Positions 1 to 12,000 of a DNA stretch of 24,897 bases are shown here, one piece after another. The number at the start of each line of letters is the position of its first letter. Position 1 is the stretch's first letter. A model generated the notes under the pieces. It saw nothing but the letters and a program-made list of their open reading frames with translations, ran no database searches and was not told the DNA's origin. The stretch is from a virus. Its lineage: Duplodnaviria; Caudoviricetes. Position numbers and translations under genes: made by a program. Location: the IMG/VR virus record IMGVR_UViG_3300006867_000087, positions 1-24,897 of that record, one strand, 5' to 3'.

Positions 1-3000
1 TAGTGTTTTAAGAAAATTGCGTTGATGTGTAGTGTTAATGCCAGCACCGTTAGGATCGGTCATTAATTCAAATGTTCTTGCTGTTTTCAATGCCCATTCA
101 TCTGGTACTGCTAGTTGTCCGCCTACTGCTCCTGCAACAACCAGTTTCAATCCGTTTACAGTTAGGGCTCTGTCAAACACTGTACCATTGTTCTCGGCAA
201 TTAATGCACCGTTGTTGTATTCTGAGTCTAACGGACTTCCTTCTCCATTAATATTAAGTCCGTCATTGTCTAAGAATATAGTTGTTTGAACACCATCACC
301 TGTAATACTTTGACATATTGCATTTGGATTAGTAACAGGATTACCTGTACCAAAGTTTGGATCATCAATTCTTACATCATTTAAGTATATGTTATACTGT
401 ACGCCATTTTCAAGTGGTTTAGTTAATTGTATACTAATTGTGCTGCCATCTAGTAAAAATACTTCATCTTCATAAGTTGTGTCATAGGTATCGTATTCAC
501 TGGTAAACCAAGGGCCAGTATCCCAACCGTTTGGACCTCCAAAATCAAAACTCTTTACTTCTACACCGCCGTAATCTACTCCGTCCATAAGCTGCCCAAG
601 ATCCTTTGCAAACTGTCCAGTTTCTGGATTATAAGCAAGGTTGATTCTATCTGCGGCTGTTAATAGGTTAATGTCTTTTTTATAGTTTACAACTATACTA
701 ATTCCGTTTGTAGCAGGTTCTGTTAACTCAATTCTTCCTTTGTATCTTGTATAACCCTTAGTTGTATCTTTTTGGTTGCTAAATTTGTATTCACTTCTAA
801 GTAATAGAATGTTATTGACAAGAACTTCAACATTTATATTTTTAAGATCCATAGGCCATTTCAAATCAAATATATATTTTGAACCTGTTCCTATAAATGT
901 TTCAGTTTCATTTAAAGTTGTAATAAAGTCTACACCAGATACTCTATCATATTTGATTTTGTTTGTAATACTTCTTGGTAAACTTTCACCAATAATAACA
1001 CTTGCTTTTGCTGCTCTGCCACCTTCATTTATAGATCCAACTATTTCAAGAGTTGGTGCTGACAAATATCCAGCTCCTTGGCTGGTAACTTCTATTTTAC
1101 TGATTCGTCCATTGGCTCCTAGTTTTGCTAGAGCACTGGCGCCGGTGCCGCCTCCTCCAGATAATCTTATGGTCGGTGCTACCTGATAACCTTGACCTCC
1201 GTCAGCAATTTCAATACTAGTTACTTTAAATCCAACATTATCTGTCCAATTTTTATAAGGATATGAGTTTAACTTGTCGTTTATACCTATAAGGTTGTTA
1301 TCTATCAGTTTTACATTTTGTGGTTCAATCTGATTAGTATCGTTGTTAAAGCTAGGTTGTAGATCAAAATCAGTAATTCTACTGTTTGTATCTTCAGTTT
1401 TTTCATAAGCACTAACATATTCACGAAGTTTTGTTTTAAAAGGTTTTACTTCTTCAAGATACTTTTCATAACTAGGAAGACTGTCGTTATTAAACGTAAT
1501 GTCTTCTCTTAGTTCTCCAACATTATGTCTGGCTTTTACAAAACTGGTTTTGAATGCCCAATCAACGTAATTTTGCTCAGAAAATACATAGCGTAAACTT
1601 GCAAAAAATAATCTATTGTATTCTATGCTCAACTCTTCTGTGTATAAATCTTCTTTAATACTTGTGAGTATATTTCTAATTTCTGTGCTAGGTACACTGT
1701 CATAGAACTGGCTATCAAAACTGACAATATCAAAACCAACAGCACTTGCTCTAGTGTCGTATAGTGTTGATTTAAATTTAATAGTTCCGTTCTGTCTACC
1801 TATAGTTTCATAATTTACTGTATAATCAACATCATCTTGAACGTCAATTTTTCTTAGTAATAACCAACCACCTGTACCAATGTTGTTTATTTTTATTATA
1901 TCACCTAGTGAATCGTCTAGCCCTTGTAGTTCATATGCATTGTCAATTATAAAATTAGTTTCTGTAAATTGATTAAAGCCGTTAGCATACCAATCTATAT
2001 AATCCCAATACAGACTAGTATCAAATGCTTGGCTGGCTATTCTTTGCCATATTCTTCTTTCACTGTCTCTTTCGTATAATGCCCATTTTCCTTGAATTGT
2101 TTCATCATTTTCTACAAGCACTGTGTATTTTCTAATTGTTATTGTATCAGTATCACTGTAGTTAGAACCACCTTTTAATATATTGACATTTGTTATAACT
2201 CCAAGATTATTAATTGTAAATTCTAATTCGGCTCCTGATCCTGTACCAGTAATTTTATAAGTAGGTGCTTGCAAATATCCTCTACCTGGATTAAGAACAT
2301 TAACTTTTGTAATAACGCCGTCTGTAATTTGAAGTGTCATTGTTGCTTGCTGAGCTTTTGCTACACCAATGAATTCTAAATCTGCTACCGTGTTGGCAGT
2401 TGTATCATAACGGCGTGATGCCAAAGATGGTTCAGGATCTCTTGTTAAAAGTCTTGTAAAATCTTTATTGTCAACAATTAAGTTTGTTTTAAGTACGCCA
2501 TTAACTCTTTCAATAAGTTGTTTTAATGCCTCTGACTTGTTTTCAAACCAACTCTGTCTTGGGCTATTCAATATACCATATTTTACTTTCGGAGAAAGAT
2601 TAGGTGCAGGTACTTGTCTGCCTTGTTCATCATAACCAATTAAACTATCAAACCATTTACGTTCAATATCTCTGTTTGGTCTACTTGTTTCTAATCCTTC
2701 GGTTATGATTTGATATTGGTTATGTATATTGATGTTTTGATTATCAATAGTCCAATACTGTATACCAATTGCAACATCTTTTCCTTCTAATAAGTTATCA
2801 CAATTATAAACAGCAAAACTATTGTCTGAGATTAAAGTCGCATATCTATAACCTTGTCCTTTAGGATCTTCTATTAATTCTGCTACGGCCTGAGAAGACA
2901 AAGTTCTAAATTCTTTGTCAGGCAATGTTCTTTTATTTTGAACCCAGAAATAATATTTTGTTTGTAATGACTGTGAAATGTCATCATATACTTGTCTAGT

Positions 3001-6000
3001 TGAATAAATGGCATCACCGTAAACACTTGTTCCATCTATACCCGCAGCATTACTTTCATCTTGGTCAACACTAGCGTCCCAAACACTTGGTAAAACTGTT
3101 GATTCTACCCATTCATAAATATCTATACTGCTTCCTTGTGCTAATGTATTCCAGTTATTGGCACTGTAAATAACATTTGACTGATATGGATTTAAAAACT
3201 TAGCATTTGTTAGGTTCCACCATAACTGTCCTACTTGATCTGGTCCCCAACTGTTAACAGGATTTACAACTACAGAATCTGAGTTTCCTACACTGTAAAC
3301 AGCAGGATCATAGTAGGTTTTATATCTTAAATTTTCTTCTGCCGCACCTGCAACTTTACCTTGTATAGGATCAATATAATCTAGATAGGTTAATAGGTTA
3401 TTTGTTTTTGTATTATATAAAATAACTCGTTTAATTTTTTGTACATTAACAGGATCTTTTGGTAAACTCAAATATTCATAAACATTTTTATTGTCAGGTA
3501 ATCTAAAATCAACAACAGTTCCTACATAAAGGGTGTTGCTGGATACTTTAGGCAAACCTACATATGCATGGTTATTTTTCAAATGTATATTTCTACCAAA
3601 ACTATACAAAGGATTATCTTCGCCTTGCGGTTGATATTTTAGACTTTGTGCATAAATTAATTTTCCGTTAATATTTTCGTAAATATATGCACTTCCTTGA
3701 TCTTCAAATTCTTGAGAAAAATTAGTAAATCCTTGATCAAATGTTGTAGCACTATCATTTAATTTACTGGTTTTATCTAGAACACGGCCTTCAAGTATGT
3801 CGCTGTGTACATCAAAAGTTACAAACTCTTTGTTGTCGCCATTTTTTGCATTTACTAGTAATCTGTTACCATCAAAGTCTATAGTATTACCAAAAAATTC
3901 AAATGTATTATTTAATGGACTGTTTAGTGTTTGTGAATATTCAAATGCTCCGTTGACCTGTCTATAGATATAAATCTTTCCTTGATTATTTTTCGTTGTA
4001 TCGTCTAATGGTGCTGATACTGCAAGCAGTTTGCCGTCATTGCTTATTGCTATTTGATCTCCGTATGCTTCTGTAACTGAAGGAGAAGATATTTGTTGCG
4101 ACCAAACGTACTGTCCTTGTACATTTCTATATACTACTGCTAGATTAGGTTTGTCACTGTATTTTGCTGCAACAACTAATACTTCTCCATTTTTAGATAT
4201 GTCATACTGACTTCCAAACTCAACAAGATTACTTTGATCTAGTACAGTGCTATCACCTGCTTGTAATTGAGTTGGATCATATGGGTTTTCTACAGTATAA
4301 GAACTATCTGTTACTACAGTTAAACCAGTATCATTAGGCACATAGCCAACATAATCAATTAAATCGTCTGTGCTATCCCATTCTAAATTATTAAAAGGTC
4401 CTGGATTGATATTTGTTGCAGCATTATAAAGTCTATTACCTAAATAAACTATATCTCCAACAAAATATCTTTGTGTATCGTCAAACTCACCTTTGAAATT
4501 TTTGTTTTTAGCATATTCCCAATTATAGGTTATGTTGTTTTCTGTACCATTTTTAATAAAGTATATTTTGCCAGGATCTGATAGATTCTGTTGACCGGGT
4601 GCATTTATAAATCCTCTATAGAGATTGTTTGCATTTTTTGTAACAGCAACTTTTGTTCCAAAATATTGATTATCACTTCTATCTGGACTTATATAACTGT
4701 TGATTAGCTCAAACCTTCCACCGGTATTTTTTTGATAAACGTAGTAAATACCTTCATTATTAAAGCTAGAACTTGACCCGCTTGTAGATGTAGGAATAAT
4801 ATAAACTTCGGTCCAGTCTAGGTTATTAGCGTTTGGTGTATTGGCGTCTCTGGCTATACCTAAAACTGTGCCTTCTTTGTACAACCAATATTCAAAATTG
4901 TTGTTTGATTCAAAATATGAAAATGTACTAGTAGCAGGATTTATTACAAGTGTTCCGCCTAATTGGCTTGCAGTTCTAAAATCGCCTGAAACTAAAGGTA
5001 TGTTGCTTGTTGTTTCAAATACAAACATTTTACCTATTCCTGCTGACGGTAATCCTAAACTAACACGCTGTATCTGTCCTATTACACGAGGAACAGTATA
5101 AATGCCCGGTCTGCCATAAACATCAGGATTTGGTCCGCTAGGGAAAGGTAAGAATTCAATCTCTGCGTTATCAGCAAATTGGTTACCATTGCTCCAGTTT
5201 CCTGTAACATTTTTAACCCATATTGTAACATCATTTAAACTTCTTTGATAGTAAACAACTTCTGCTGTTGCAAGTGTAGATACATCTCTTACAGTTTGAC
5301 CCACTAACGGTTCAAATGGTTCTCCGTTTAAAAATTTTGTGTTTCTATAACTAATATATCCATCCCAAACGTCTACTATAGTTTGTGTTTTATTTGTTTG
5401 TTCAAAGGTTAAACCTATATTGTTTGGATCATCTAAAAAGCCAACTACAGGCACGTTTGTAGGTCTTACTCCTAAAGCCCCTGATGTACTTCCGGACAAT
5501 AAGTCGGCTGTATTGAAGTTTCCAATTACTGTGTCAACTTTTACTGTTAAGCTATTTGTAACTGTTTCTAAAACTCTTACAGATGCTCCAGTGTTAGCTT
5601 GCACTAAAACTTCATTTTTCACAAGGTCTATAGGATTTGTAAACGATATAGTTGTAGTTGTATCTGGAAGATTGTTAATATATAAATTCACTTCACTGCC
5701 GATTGTTACAGCAGGGTCAGAACTTAAATCTGCCGGAACTCTAACTACAAATTTACGCGAAAGTATAGGATCTGTATTTCCAAAAGGTCCTGGCGAACCT
5801 TGGAACGACAGAGTTTGTATAAAATTGTTTAAAACATTTTCACTACTTTGCACATTTGTTTGGTAATCTAAACTTTGATAATAATAGTTTCCACTGCTTG
5901 TACTATCACCACCGCTTATCTCCGAAATAATATCTGTGTAAACTAATCCTAAAGCAGGATCACTATTAGTTTCTCCTACTTGATAGTTTTCTCCTGTTCT

Positions 6001-9000
6001 TATAAACCAGTAACCGCCATATTTTTGTGAAGTGTCTGTATCTTCACCAGGACCGACTCTTTCATATTCACCAACAAAATCATTACCATCAATAAACAAA
6101 CTGTTTTCTCTAGGAAATTCACCGTTTACATCATTAACATAAATTGTTACTTGTGCATCTTCGTTGTGTGTGTAAACAACATTACCGGTAGCTCCTGCTG
6201 TAGTAACTGTGTCTCCAATTTGCGGAATATTATTAGATGCATCAACAAAAAGTATGGCATCTACTTTATAAAAAATAGTGTGTGCAGATTCTATAAACTG
6301 TTTATCAATATGGGGTACTGTTCCAGCAAAAGGAGCCAAACTTGTTAAATTAATTTGTGTTTGATTTGCATTAGCAAGACTGTTCCATCTTAAAAATAAT
6401 TTATCATCTACTCCAGATCCTCCATACATGTCTTTTGGTGCTTTTACCAAAAAGTGATCTGTGGTAATATTCTTAAATGGATAATCGCCAGTTAATAACA
6501 CAGGTATCTTTTCACTGTCCTGTCCTATTAAATTTAAATCATAGTTTATTTGAGCTACGCTGTCAAAACTTGAAAATTCAATATTAGTTACAGCACCTAA
6601 AATATCTATATCTGCTTGCCAAAGACTATTGTTAAGCCTAACTATATCTCCTGCGTCATAGTTTGTAGAACCGTCAAAAGTTTCTTTAAAATCTGTTCGC
6701 ACATTACTAGCTTCTGGTGCACCTACTAACAAATACTTTCCGTCTTCACTAAGTGATACACTGTATCCAAATTTTTGTTCAGCGGCAGATATATTTGCTG
6801 TTGGCTCAAGAACCTGTTGTAATTGATAGTTTAAACTATTGCTTGATCTATTATAAACAAAAACTTTTCCATGTTCATTACTAGGTGCTCCGACTGCCAT
6901 AATAACATTTCTATCATCTGCAGCTATTGATGCACCATAGTTGTGTCCTGCTCCTGTTTCCGTATTGCTGATTTCTTGCAATGGATCAAAACTGTTTTTA
7001 TTTTCTAATACTGCCCACTTTCCGTTACCTGCGTCGTCAATCCATATTTTTTCATTTTTAGAAATTTCTTGCTCTGCTAAAATATTAGCAGAAGTAATAT
7101 CTTCTTGTCTTACACTAATTAATTTTGTAATAAGTCCTGAACATTTTTCTATTTCATTGACGCTGTCTGTGCTTTCAAACACAATGTTATTAAGCGAAAC
7201 ACTTTTAACTTTGAAAAATCCCTCTAGAGGATCTGTTGTTTGTGATAATAATAGTGTGCTATCATCGGGTCCTGCCGGATTAAACGATGTTACTGTAACA
7301 TCTGTTATACCTAGTATATCACCTGTGTTTATATCCAACGGAGTTTTATCTACTTTAACTGTAAATTCATTACTACCCGGTGTTATAGATTCAATAGTGT
7401 AATCGCTTATAGTGTGTTGTAATACTGTCCAGGTTTTATTGTAATTTTGTACCCAAACATATCCTTGATTTTTTATATCAACAAAATTTAAATTAAGTAT
7501 ATCGTCGTAGACTCCTACTGTTACGTCTACATTTTCAGGATTAACAAACCCAGCATCTTTTGTATAACCTTTACTAATATATGTTGTAGGGAAAGGACTA
7601 TGATCGTAATTATTAGATTTAAGATATGTTTCATATTCTTTAATTCTATAAACTAAATCTGTTTCTTGTTGCCCTTCATTAGTAAGCAAAACTGGTTGGG
7701 GGTCTAATCTAAATTTATTTTCATCTAGAGTATACTCAACTTCTTCGAAGCCTTCGCTTGCTCCGTACTGTCCATCTTTTACTGCCCATTCTTCATAGAA
7801 ACTAAGACTGTCTTGATTTGCACTTGCTAGAGCATCAAACAATTTGTTTAGTGCATTTTTTGTACCTTTGTCTAGTATAAATCCTTGATAAAACTTATAC
7901 TGACTTACATCATCATTGATAATATTTTCTAGGTACTGACGCTTTTGATAACCTATTAAATGCTGTGCTAACCTTTGTTGTTCGGTATCAAAATTATCAC
8001 TATCTAAATCATAAAAATCTGCAAACTGATTTATTTTGTAATCAAAATTTGTAAGCAGTCCCGGTATAGGTTCTTTAGCAAGTCTATTCCAGTCATCTGA
8101 GTCAAAAAATTCTTTGCCACTTACCTTCTTATCAGCACTATAGAAAAATTCTTTATACTTAACTAAATCACCGATACTATAATCTTTCCAGGCTTCCCAT
8201 TCTGTAGGTCTAGCATTATCATATATGAATCCAGGAATATTTAAACTACCATTCCAATTATCAGTTCTGTAACCTAATACCTTAATTCTTTCTTGTCTAT
8301 AACCAGGTGCAGCATCATAAATTATATCATCAAATACAGTTTTATTATCTAATAACACAACATGTTCTTTTTGAACTAATGGTAATCTAATATTGTATAT
8401 TCCGTCAGCAGTGTTTACTACCCTAACAGTACATTTGTTGTCTACGCCTTTTTCTATTCGTAAAAATTCAGGTTCTAATTTTTTACCATCTGCTTTTAAC
8501 ACACTGTATCCATAAAAATTATGGAATATATCATCTACTACACTAAATTCTGTGTTTAGAATTATTTTATTTGCGCCAGGAGAAAGAGTTAGTAATGCTC
8601 CTGCACCCCAATTTTGTGTGGTCCAGAACATAAACTGTTTTGCAGTTGTGTTCCAATCATTAACTACGTTTGAATTTTCTATTCTATCTTCAAAAACAAA
8701 TCCTTGTAGTACAAGATATTGGCCGTAGCCTAAAAGGAAATCAACTACTTCTTGAATTGTAGAAAAAACGCTACCGTAATTTAAAACTGTTTTCTTGTTT
8801 TCATAAATTTTCGAAAATGTTGCACGTCTACCACCAACTGTGGGTAGTGCAGGTAGTCTTACAAATTTGTCAGTATCTAATGTAGTTTCAGAAGTATGCG
8901 TTTCTTTTGCACGATAATAAGAACCGTTATCTAAAACAATTTGTCCTGTTGCATATGTTTTTCTTTCTGCAAAATTAACAAACGGTTGTGATACACCTCC

Positions 9001-12000
9001 TATGTCAATTACAGGATCATTTTTTTGTTTTACTGGCTTATAATATGTAAAACTAGGATTAGTATCGTCATAACCAGATATAGAATAACCATTAATTAAT
9101 TTTTCAATAATTACACCACTATAGTTTATTGTTTCTATAGGACTACTAGTATTCAAAATTAATTGATAGTTTTCTGTTGGAATAAAAACATTTCCTTCAT
9201 TGGTAGGAGTTCTACTATCTAGTATAAGTCTAAATTTATCTTTATCAGAATACCCTGCAATCTTAGCACCTATTTGATTAGTAATAGATTTTAAATTTGA
9301 TTTATATTGTGTGTAAGAACTTGTGGTATTGCTGGTCATATAGTTTGCAACATAATTTACCAATCCACTTGTAAATACCTGTTCTGTATCTTCAATAGTG
9401 TTTGGAAAAATTAAGTTGCTTAATTTTGTTTGTATACCAGTATCACCGTATACAATTTGATTTGCTAGATTTCGCTTTTGTCTTTGCCGATCAAATCCTG
9501 TAGAAAAAATACTGTTTGGTTGGTTTAAAATCCAACTAATGAAAACACTAAAAGGATATTCGCTACTTCTTCTCCAAGCAGATTCTATAGGTCCTCCATC
9601 TCCATATTTCCAATTAGAAGAAATGTCTCCTGGATTAAAACTTACTGCAACTCCACTAGCATTAGGATCTAACAATTCACCTTCATCATTTACAGGCAAA
9701 ATGCTATACAAGTTAGGACGAACATATTTAGGATGAACAACAATTGGCTTGTTAGGTTCTCTTACTATTCCATCTCGCATATCGTTCCATAGTAGTTTAT
9801 TATTCCTTGTGTAAGGTGCTGGTCCGTACTGTGTTTCCCACCAAGTAGGTTTAACACTAAATCCTAACATTTCCCAAGGATTGGTATGAGGGCGATCAGT
9901 ATCATATGCACGTAGATATGCCTGTCTCCAATATCCTGGAAGTGTTCCTCCTGCATAAGAAGTAGCATTAGAATAATTCCAAGTAAACGGATTATTCCTA
10001 TTAAATGTACTGTTTGTTACATAATTACCGTCAACTAACTGATTCCATTGCAAAAAGTCCTTTGTCATTGGGTTATCTATTTGTTGTTTAGAAAACCCTG
10101 TATCCCGAGAATCACCGCTTAGAAAATCATGAATGTCTACAAGTGTTGGATCATACTTTATTTTGATATTATTGTAAATTCTTTTTTCTAATTCTAATAA
10201 TAGATTATCTCTAAAATCATCAAATGCTACAAACTTACTTCCGTCATGCCCTTCTATAACTTTTATATTATTAGATGTAGTGCTGTCATTGTAAATTCTC
10301 GGAATATATGCAGGATACATTCCTAATTTAGTTGGAGTAGGTGGCATAAAACTACCATTAGTACTATCGTATTCGTATATTTCAATTACATCACCTATAC
10401 TCTTTGTTGACGTAACTACAGCAAACCCTTCACTATTGAAAGTATAATCTATACCATGAACAAGTTGTATACCGTTTTGGTAAACTTGAACTGCTTTTCT
10501 GCTTAATTCATCTAAGGAAAAAATCTGAGATAAAGCAAAAAATTGTTCGTCTATATCTTCAATTTCAAATGCTGTTGTTGTGAAGCCACCTTGTGGCACC
10601 ATGTCACTAAAGTAAAACGGCATAGCAGAAGTTTTATCTTTATTCATTTCTTTGAGGATAAGATCTACGTGTTGTTTTGTAGGTCCTTCGTATCCAAGTG
10701 TATTTGCAACTTCTAAAAATTGTCTTTTAAATTTTCCGTATTCCCTTTTCGCAAAGCGTAATGCTTTTACGACATTACTTTCGTCTGAAATTAGATGATA
10801 TAAAGATAAATTTATTGGACCACTATGTTTTAGAAATTTTCTTCCATAGATATTAAGTTGTCCTAGATCTCTTAAATTACTTGGTCCTGGAAAAATTCCT
10901 GAAAAATTATTAATTTCTTCTACTATAGAAGCTACATGATCATTAACTTCTCCTAGAGTAAATTCATTAAGATTTTCGTTTAGAGGATTTTTTTCTAAAT
11001 TTGTTGGAATTTCATAATATCCATTTTCATTTTTTGGATATTTAGATCTTGTTTTAATTAAAATTACGTCATCTAAATTTAGATCTTGTATAATACTTAT
11101 ATAAGATCTATTGTTTGCATCTTGATTTACTGTAAAATCTATATTTTGATTTAATAATTTATTGTTAAGATAAACCCTTATCCATAAGTCATTTATAAAA
11201 TCATTATTATCATACACATCTATGTAAAAATTACTAGTAGTATTATCAAAAATATACTGTCTTAATACATTTTGAGTACTTAAATCTGCAGACTTTGTCC
11301 AGCCGTTAATATAAGAAAAAGTAGTTCTATCTGTGTATTTTCTTAAATATCCTGTGTCAGTTGTTTTTGTAAATAAATCTGTTCCAATTTGATATGTAAA
11401 AGAATCTTGTAATAAATTAAATTCATAAACAATATCACCAACATTTTCTATACTACGATAGGTTAAGGGAAAACCTAATTCACTGTCAGTAGCTCTAGTT
11501 CCTACTTTGTATGAAAAAATATTATTTCCAGAAAAAGTTGTAGAATTATACACAGTTGTATCGGCAAAACTTTTTCCAGTATCATCGTATAATTCAAATA
11601 AAGGTTGTTGATTGACTTTTGTTTTTCTTTGTCCTTGTTTCCATTGTGTTCCATTATAGAAGAAAAATTCACCACTGTATTGTGTACCAAATTTTACAAG
11701 CACAGTTTCATTTTCTAAGGGAGCGGAGTCTGTATCTTCTACAAGCGATATTTGTGTTTTATTTTTAAAGTTTATAAATCTTACTGTATAAATTTTTCCT
11801 GACACAAGTAAATCTTCATCCGCTGTGAATAAAACACGCATACCATTAGTAAGATTAACTCCGTCAATGTTATATCCTTGAGAACCTTCTATAGTCGTAA
11901 ATATATCTTTAGTAAATGTGTCAACTAAATCTACATCTGCTTTTGTTCTAGTTCCAAAATTATATAATTTTATATTTGGGTCAAATTCAATAATAGGTCT

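Noticed and set aside
8662-8668. AACTACG on the plus strand inside the giant ORF
   Set aside because: There is no TAAATA 16 nt downstream and it is antisense within coding sequence, so it is probably chance.
32-9736. Plus-strand ORFs in the track (32-289, 776-1186, 4841-5101, 5420-5866, 6151-6348, 6941-7402, 9539-9736)
   Set aside because: They are antisense shadows of the giant minus-strand ORF, with no recognisable motifs.
11502-11690. 62-aa minus-strand ORF
   Set aside because: It is an alternate frame inside the giant ORF with no support as a gene.
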